From: Minutocellus sp. GHC0000111
Taxonomy: Eukaryota
Direction: 5' to 3'
Length of the DNA: 64,000 nt
NCBI GenBank assembly: GCA_977018835.1
Contig: OZ361261.1
Location: 806,001 to 870,000 of the forward strand
The position numbers and the translations under genes are program-made. Below are positions 57,358-64,000 of the stretch, piece by piece; the first letter of the stretch is position 1, and each line of letters begins with the position of its first letter. The notes under the pieces are model-generated. The model saw nothing but the letters and a program-made list of their open reading frames with translations. It did not search any database and had not been told where the DNA came from.

Positions 57358-58707
57358 TCATTCTTTTCTTCTCTTGCTTCTTCTTCGCTTCTTTGCGGCA
57401 TGTTTCGTTTCCTCTTTGCAGCTTGAGGATTCTATTTCAATTTCAACCATCAAATCGCCTCGTCCTTTACGACCGGGCCAGCCCCTTCCCTTGACGATTT
57501 TGACGCAGTGGTCACCAGAGGAAGTAGCATCTGGATCAACCTCTCCAGGTTGCAAATTGATCTTGATCGGCAGCTCGTGCTCCGATGATAACGGCTCGAC
57601 TAAAATCTGACAACCCTTCCTCGCCTTTGCCTTACTGATGGCAACTTTAGTGCGCAAATTATTTCCCTCCCGCACATACCTCTCGTGCTTCCCCTCCTTG
57701 ACAACAAACACAACCTCGCAGAATCCCGTTTCCTCGTTGGCGGCATATTTTATCTTTGTGCCTCCTTTCCAACCCGGGCGAATTTGGGTTGGATATACAT
57801 TCCGAGAGGGTCGAGGCAGACCGATGGAAAAGCACACCACAAATGCGAGGGCAGTTAGAGGAGTCGACGTACGAAAAATGAGCGGCAAACTGGAAACTGC
57901 AGCTTGAAACGCCACACGCTTGGCGGATCCTCCACGAAAGGCAGCCACGAATCGTTTCCAAATATTATCCTGAAGCCTCAAGAACTTGTTGTCCACTCCC
58001 CAGTACAGTTCTTCCAAAGGCACTGTGATCTTTTCAACGTATGTAGATTTGGGCATGTCTTCATCTGCTGCCCGCCCAGAAGAACCCATTGATGGATTGC
58101 CAAAGAAGGGAAAGTTCATTGGGAACCCTCCCGAAAAGAAATCCGATACATCAACCCCATTGACATAAATGGCCGTTCTCCGCCGTCGCGGAGGCCTTCT
58201 GTTGTAGTACGACGAGTAGGCACCGAACGGATCTCCCTGGTAGGGATTGTACGATGCACCATACGGCGATCCCGATGGAACTGCTCCTGCACCGAACGTC
58301 CCACCAAAGGCCGACTGACGGTCGTACCGGCTTCGTGCTTCTTCTTCACCAATGAGCTCGTTGGCACGTTGGACCTTTTTGAATGCCTCCTCGCATTGTT
58401 TTCGCTCGGACTCTGGTCGATCGACGTTCTTATCCGGGTGTAACTTGAGGCAAAGCTTCTTGTACTGTCTTCGGATGGCGGCCTGGTCAGCTGACTTTGG
58501 GAGTCCGAGCGTTTTGTATGGGTTGAGCGTTGATGATGAGGTGGAGGCAGAGGCAGAGGTGCTGACGATGGTTGATGTGACCAGGATCAGGACAAAGATG
58601 ATGGGGTGAAAGGCCAGGACGCATCTAAGTCGACGGGTCATCATAGCCACCGCTCGAGCTGTTGAGCACCCCCCAGCGGCCTGTCCTTGCTTGCAATGGC
58701 ACAACAA
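57358..58707 (-). CDS. DnaJ (class B) co-chaperone with N-terminal signal; start uncertain
   Basis: J domain NPYKTLG..LHPDKN; C-terminal PLEELYWG, PGWKGGTKI, GRGWP..GDL. Confidence 0.92.
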   Translation of the reverse strand: MLCHCKQGQAAGGCSTARAVAMMTRRLRCVLAFHPIIFVLILVTSTIVSTSASASTSSSTLNPYKTLGLPKSADQAAIRRQYKKLCLKLHPDKNVDRPESERKQCEEAFKKVQRANELIGEEEARSRYDRQSAFGGTFGAGAVPSGSPYGASYNPYQGDPFGAYSSYYNRRPPRRRRTAIYVNGVDVSDFFSGGFPMNFPFFGNPSMGSSGRAADEDMPKSTYVEKITVPLEELYWGVDNKFLRLQDNIWKRFVAAFRGGSAKRVAFQAAVSSLPLIFRTSTPLTALAFVVCFSIGLPRPSRNVYPTQIRPGWKGGTKIKYAANEETGFCEVVFVVKEGKHERYVREGNNLRTKVAISKAKARKGCQILVEPLSSEHELPIKINLQPGEVDPDATSSGDHCVKIVKGRGWPGRKGRGDLMVEIEIESSSCKEETKHAAKKRRRSKRRKE

Positions 58708-58938
58708 CGCCGGTCAACTACCGGTACCTACGCTACCGATACCGGCCGGTAAAGCAGCACCTGCATATGCCATCATCATCAAAACTGACTTTGCTTCGAC
58801 GGAAAGACGACGTGCCGGTCATGTGGCAAATTTTGGCGGCCAACTTGCTTCTACTTGCTTTTTTCGTTAGTTTGCCCAAGGCGCGTGGCCGCTTCTGTAT
58901 CATTCCGCACATGGTGTACCAAAGAACGGCACCAGCAA

Positions 58939-61900
58939 ATGGGCCTCGAAATGGAAGAACTGGAGCCGCTAACGGCGTCGGCGGCCGCCAGTGCCTCGTC
59001 GTCGGTGGCTTCGGCCGATCCGCCGGCGCACACCCGCATTCCGCCGCCGCGCAAGCAAATGGCATCGTTTGGGAATGGCACAGCGGCGAGCCGGGGTAAC
59101 GGGAATGGCGTTGGTGGTGCGCATGCAGCGAATGGTGCCGGGCCAAGGCCACCCAACGCAGCAGCATCGGGCCAATCATCGGCCACGAGCCGGAAATCCC
59201 GTCTGCTGGCCGCCCTGTTCCTTCTGCTGGGCCTGGCGGTGCTCTTGGTGATGCGTGGCGAAGAAGAAGTCGAGATGGAGCAGGCCTCCTCGGGCTCGGG
59301 AATGCCGGCCAATCCCAATGGTCTGCCGGAACCACCGCTGGAGCCCGTGCCGGAGGCTCCTGATGTTATTGCCACTCCTTCCAACGATGCAAAAGATTAC
59401 GAGGTTGAGCAACCACCACCGAAAGAACCAGAACCAGAGCAACCGAAAGAAGAACCAAAGCCCGCTGAAGAGGAACCGAAAGAGGAAGAGCCAAAGGAAC
59501 CACAGACCAAGGAGGAGAAGGAGGCAGCCCTCCTCGAAAAGTATGGCGAATGGCACTTTTGGGATGGGGAGCCGGAGATCCGTCCCAAGGACGACTATGC
59601 CTCCAAGTTTACCAACCGTGACATTCTCGAGGATGATTTTCCCGAAAATGCCTGGCAGGTCGATGCCGTATACGTCAACCATTTCCTCAATGATGCGTCC
59701 AACCTGATCTCGCGCGCCGAAGAGGCCATCTACGAGGAGTACGGACATGGCAAACCCTTGCCGTCCGAGCAGATAATGGAGCGGTCGAAAATGACCAAGC
59801 TGAACAAGATCGATCTGTCCGATACCAATGCCCAACCTCCCGCGGATTACATGGACAACAGTGGTTGGACGACGAAGCGGAGTTTCGAGGGTTTGGTACG
59901 GCGTCTCCTCCACGCTGTCATGTCCAACGATGTGTTTACCGTGGTCATCCTTGGTGATGGGCCGATGGCATCCGGTGCCGGCAATCACTTTGCCCAAACA
60001 TATGGCATGCAATTCGAATCCATCATGACACCCATTTTTGCCAGGCTCAATACCAAGTTTGTGGTGCGACACATGACCAGAGAAGGCATGGGCGGTGGTC
60101 CCCTTCTCGATGGACTGGGATTTACTGATCTCATCAGTGGTAGTGGTGATGGTGCTCCTGGTGTAGATTTGTTGATTTGGGATTCGTCCGGTCTGGACAC
60201 TGCCCAGGCCGCTCCCAATTGCAATGCCGAATTGGACCTGATGATCCGTCAGGCGGCATTGGGAGGCGGTGATGATCGCATCCCCTACATCATGGACGGA
60301 GGTGGATTGTCGCTGGAGGTTCTTAGATCCCTGCATGAAAAGGGTGGCATGGATGTTGGTGGTCTTGGCATGGGCTGGGCCGGAATTGCCGAGACGGAAT
60401 CTGATGAGCAGGCCGCAACGCTTCCCTGGGCTGCTCGGTATCTTCGATGCAAGGATGGAAAGGAAGATTTATGCGAAAAGGCGGAGAACAAGTATCTCAA
60501 TACATGCTGGGTTGATCGAAAGGGAGTCAATCCGCCGACAAAGCAGGACGAGCATATTGCTGGAGCCGACAAGGCCCATCCAGGATGGAGATATCATCAG
60601 CTCAAGGGCCGAATGCTGGCGGTGACTGTTTTGGAGGCTCTGCAGGAGGCAATCAATACTTGGAGTGTTGTTACAATCACTGCCGGCCATCCTCTGCCAG
60701 ATGAATACTGGCATGTTACGGACTACTACAAGGATATTCGCGAAAAGATGACCAATCTTGATGCGGACGTGGGATCATGCGGGAAGCTCAAGGATTATCT
60801 ACCCGAACGAATGTGCAAGGTAGCCGTTCGCAGTCGGACAGAGCACACTCCTCGCCTCAATCCGGACGAAACCAGCATTTCCAGCATGATCAAGCCCGCC
60901 GGTGAGAGCCAATATGTACCCAAGGTGGAAGACAAGATGGTTTATGATGGACCAGACGAGCCCAACCCCGTCCTTGCATTGCCAGAGGATGCCTTTGATG
61001 TTCGCTTCATCGTTAGTGCGGGCATTAGAAGGTTGCGACGTCTTGATGACGAAGCGATTGTTCCTGGTTTGGGCTGGCAAATCCACGGGGAGCTACCGGG
61101 ACAATGCGATGGTAGCTCCAGCGGCATTTGCGGTCGACAAGAAACGTCTTCTTGTCTGCTCGATGGTCACATGGCTTCCAAGGGTGGTGTTTTGGGTAAC
61201 GAATTCAGCGGCTGGCTCGTCTTCACGGTTAAGAATGTGAAGGAGGGGTTGATTGCACTGGTATTGGACACATCACACGAACCTAACGAGAGCACCAGGA
61301 CCGAGGGTTGGATCGAGGCTAGAACCTCCGAGAAGCAGGAGGAGGAAAAGAAGGAAGAACAGGAGGAAGAGAAAGAAGAGCAAGCTGAGGAGGAAGGTGA
61401 TGGCACCGGTGAGGAGGAAGGCGATGCCGCTGGGGACGATCAGAAGAAGGATGAGACAGAGCAAGAGGGTGGAGACAACGAGGATAATGACAAGGAAGCA
61501 GAGGGCGATGGTGATAAGTTGAGGCGATTGCGTCGAAGGAGGCAATTGCAGAATACTGAACAAGCCTCATCGGCTCCTCATGGCGGCCGACGATTGCTGC
61601 CGGATGAATTCAAGTGAGTATTTATTTTTTCATGTTGGGGAGATATCCTCTCGTCCTGATCGCCAGCATATTCCTAAGCTCATTACCTTTTTCGTTTTTA
61701 CTTCTGTGATTCTATTCTTCTTCTTGCTGCAGATTTGACTACGCTATTGGTGGCGAGATTACCACGCTCGACAAGGCATCGTTTGAGGACAGATTAAAGA
61801 GCCCATGGGTTCCCTTGGGCCTCCTCACAATTCTTGACGATGCATCCCTAAAGGACGGGAAGGAGATTGAGGTTGCGATTCGAATGCGAGACTGTGGCCG

Positions 61901-61940
61901 AGATTGTACCTTTGCCTTGACGCATGTGTTCTGGGCTTAA
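58939..61940 (+). CDS. Large type-II membrane protein of unknown function (possible SGNH-like core); intron 61614-61731
   Basis: Single N-terminal TM, PKEE linker, FTVVILGDG..AG.GNHF, HPGW..H; last exon splices in frame to ..THVFWA*. Confidence 0.75.
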
Positions 61941-62594
61941 ATCGAATATGCTTAGAAGCAATAATTTGTAAATCAATAGTAAAATCTATCGGTTATGAAT
62001 TCAATTGAGCTAATGTATCAGTGCAGTGGGCTGATGAGCAATTAATTATTTATTTTTTGAAAAGTATCGGCATCGCCTGCATGCGTCACACCACACACCG
62101 CAGCGAAACCAAGCCAAGCCAAGCTGAGGCAGGATACAAAGGGCCCCAGACTTCGAGAGCAAGGTGAGTTGAATATCTTTCTTCTTTGCCTGCCTTTTTA
62201 CACTGCCTTCCGAAACGCCGAAGCAGAGCTGAGATGATGCCTGTTAGTCAACGCACACGAGTGCTGGAGTACGTGTACGAGTCTACTCGGCTCGCATCAT
62301 ACTTCAATAGGGACAGTAACCCTTGCTGCATGGTTATCACTCAGCCGAATAGTAGGAGCGCATATCGTATATTCCACCTTGCACATCGTATTCAAAAACA
62401 GTTGTACTTACCGACGTTGCTCTTCTTTCCTTTCGTTTCCTATCCCACACCTCATCGAGTTCGTTGGACCTTGTCAGGGCACTACTAGCTAGATCTAGCT
62501 ACTAGAGTACGGTGCATCTCACGGTTAGCTCGAAAACCAAGCAACGCAGCAACTCCGGTGCAATGGACTCTCGCAAGGGCGGTGGATCTCAATA

Positions 62595-64000
62595 ATGGAT
62601 CGCCCCGACCACTACCACCACCAATACAAACAGAGGCTCTACGAATGTCTAGCATCATCTCCTGAGCTCTCGCCATCAAACATTGTCATCGAAGACCTCA
62701 GTCGCTGGTATGCCGCAAGGTTTCTCCTCGGTCCCAGGCACCACTCCGTTCGCATCGTCAAGAGGGTGGATGGCACTACCTCGAGCGCTGCCATCCCTGC
62801 CCGCTTCAGACTTCGAACCGGCAACGCATACTCGGCAGAGATCTTTGACGTTGACGCCCAACCCGGCAAGATTGTCAAAACGCCAGTGGGCTACTACGCC
62901 AGTGCGATCCAAGCCCATAAAGCATGCCAGAAAGCTCAAAATGCAAGAGATGAGAGGCTTTTCGATACCACCAAACCGCCGACCCACGTGAAAGTCAAGA
63001 TCATCAGCGATTCCTTGAAAGGTCTGAATCATTTACAACGCATAGAGATGGTTTTTCGAATTCTACTGAATGAGTACAGCCGTCCATCTATCGGGGGGTC
63101 GGCACAGAACCTACTCACAGACCTTCCCTTTGAGCTATTATTGGAGCTACGCGAGGACAAGGTCGACGCAGTGCCAGCGGGCGTCCTGACTGAGCTGCAT
63201 GTTCCCAGCTCGGTCCAGATTGCTACTAGGGCCAACACCACGAATAGCAAGGACCCAATTCTTCATGGAATGAGCCAACAACTCCGACAGCTTGCAATGA
63301 GCGAGTACCAAAAGAGCACGGCCTTGGCTACGGGTAGACCAGAAATGGCAAAGACGAGAAGCAAGATCAACCCAAGGACTAACAGTAGCAGTGAGAGTAT
63401 GCCGGAATTAGCCATTCCAAAGAAGATCAAGAATCCGAACAAGAATCCATTACGTCGACGCCAGCAGAATGCAGTGGAAACAGAGGTATCGGCAAAGCTG
63501 GCCATTTCAGCTCTCAAGCTTGGCGAGAGTGCTATGCATATGCAGAGGATGTGGCGACGGCGTCAGTTGCCTCGCATGCAAAAGCGGTGGACCAAGCTAA
63601 ACCGAGCCGCACTAGATATCCAGCGCGTATTCCGTGCTTCTCGAGGACGTCAAAAGGTTCGAGACTGGCGCAGGTCCAGAGATCTGGCCGTTGTCACCCT
63701 TCAACGCCGATTTCGGCGACACCAGCTGACTCGTCTCGCCACTTTGACCCAAACCGCCGCCAGAGGATGGTTCGCGCGTAGGCATTTGTATTGGGTGGTG
63801 GCCAATGCCGACACGGCAATTACAATTCAGAAAATGGCAAGAGGCTTCCTTGGTAGGCGCACTTTCCGCCAGGTTCTGCACAAAAGGGAAATTATGCTGA
63901 GGAACGAGGCTGCCACCCACATTGCAAGGCGTACTCGAACATACATCCAGAGGTGTCGGTACTTGGTCATGCTTCGTGATATGTATCACGAGACTGTAGA
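62595..64000 (+). CDS. IQ-motif (calmodulin-binding) protein, runs off the window end; start uncertain
   Basis: Open frame from 62529 to the end with MQRMWR, IQRVFRASRGR, LQRRFR, TQTAARGWFAR, IQKMARGFLGR. Confidence 0.75.
   Translation, partial: MDRPDHYHHQYKQRLYECLASSPELSPSNIVIEDLSRWYAARFLLGPRHHSVRIVKRVDGTTSSAAIPARFRLRTGNAYSAEIFDVDAQPGKIVKTPVGYYASAIQAHKACQKAQNARDERLFDTTKPPTHVKVKIISDSLKGLNHLQRIEMVFRILLNEYSRPSIGGSAQNLLTDLPFELLLELREDKVDAVPAGVLTELHVPSSVQIATRANTTNSKDPILHGMSQQLRQLAMSEYQKSTALATGRPEMAKTRSKINPRTNSSSESMPELAIPKKIKNPNKNPLRRRQQNAVETEVSAKLAISALKLGESAMHMQRMWRRRQLPRMQKRWTKLNRAALDIQRVFRASRGRQKVRDWRRSRDLAVVTLQRRFRRHQLTRLATLTQTAARGWFARRHLYWVVANADTAITIQKMARGFLGRRTFRQVLHKREIMLRNEAATHIARRTRTYIQRCRYLVMLRDMYHETV

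Noticed and set aside
62820..62935. AP2-like motif (YSAEI..VGYYASAIQAHKA) in the IQ protein
   Set aside because: Resemblance too weak to call without a profile search.

Overview
Gene-dense eukaryotic nuclear DNA with short GT-AG introns. It is almost certainly a diatom, because several proteins carry ASAF-type bipartite plastid presequences and one is a silaffin-like RXL/KXXK protein. About 27 host genes flank a ~7.8 kb degenerate tyrosine-recombinase retrotransposon (DIRS/Ngaro type, ~2400-10195). The most striking signal is inside that element. TpA, and specifically the palindromic tetramer RTAY, is almost absent: by hand count 1 RTAY in 3447-9366, versus ~14 in 1.36 kb of the adjacent host gene. 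Conserved Tyr codons read as Cys or His (including RT YxDD read as HIDD), and the two terminal repeat copies differ by CA/TG and TG/TA. This looks like a both-strand, repeat-targeted TA->TG/CA hypermutation, a candidate 'reverse RIP' genome defence. Second, about seven host genes between 10 and 43 kb carry nonsense codons or frameshifts, suggesting a decaying haplotype or redundant copy. All counts and family assignments were made by eye, without database searches.
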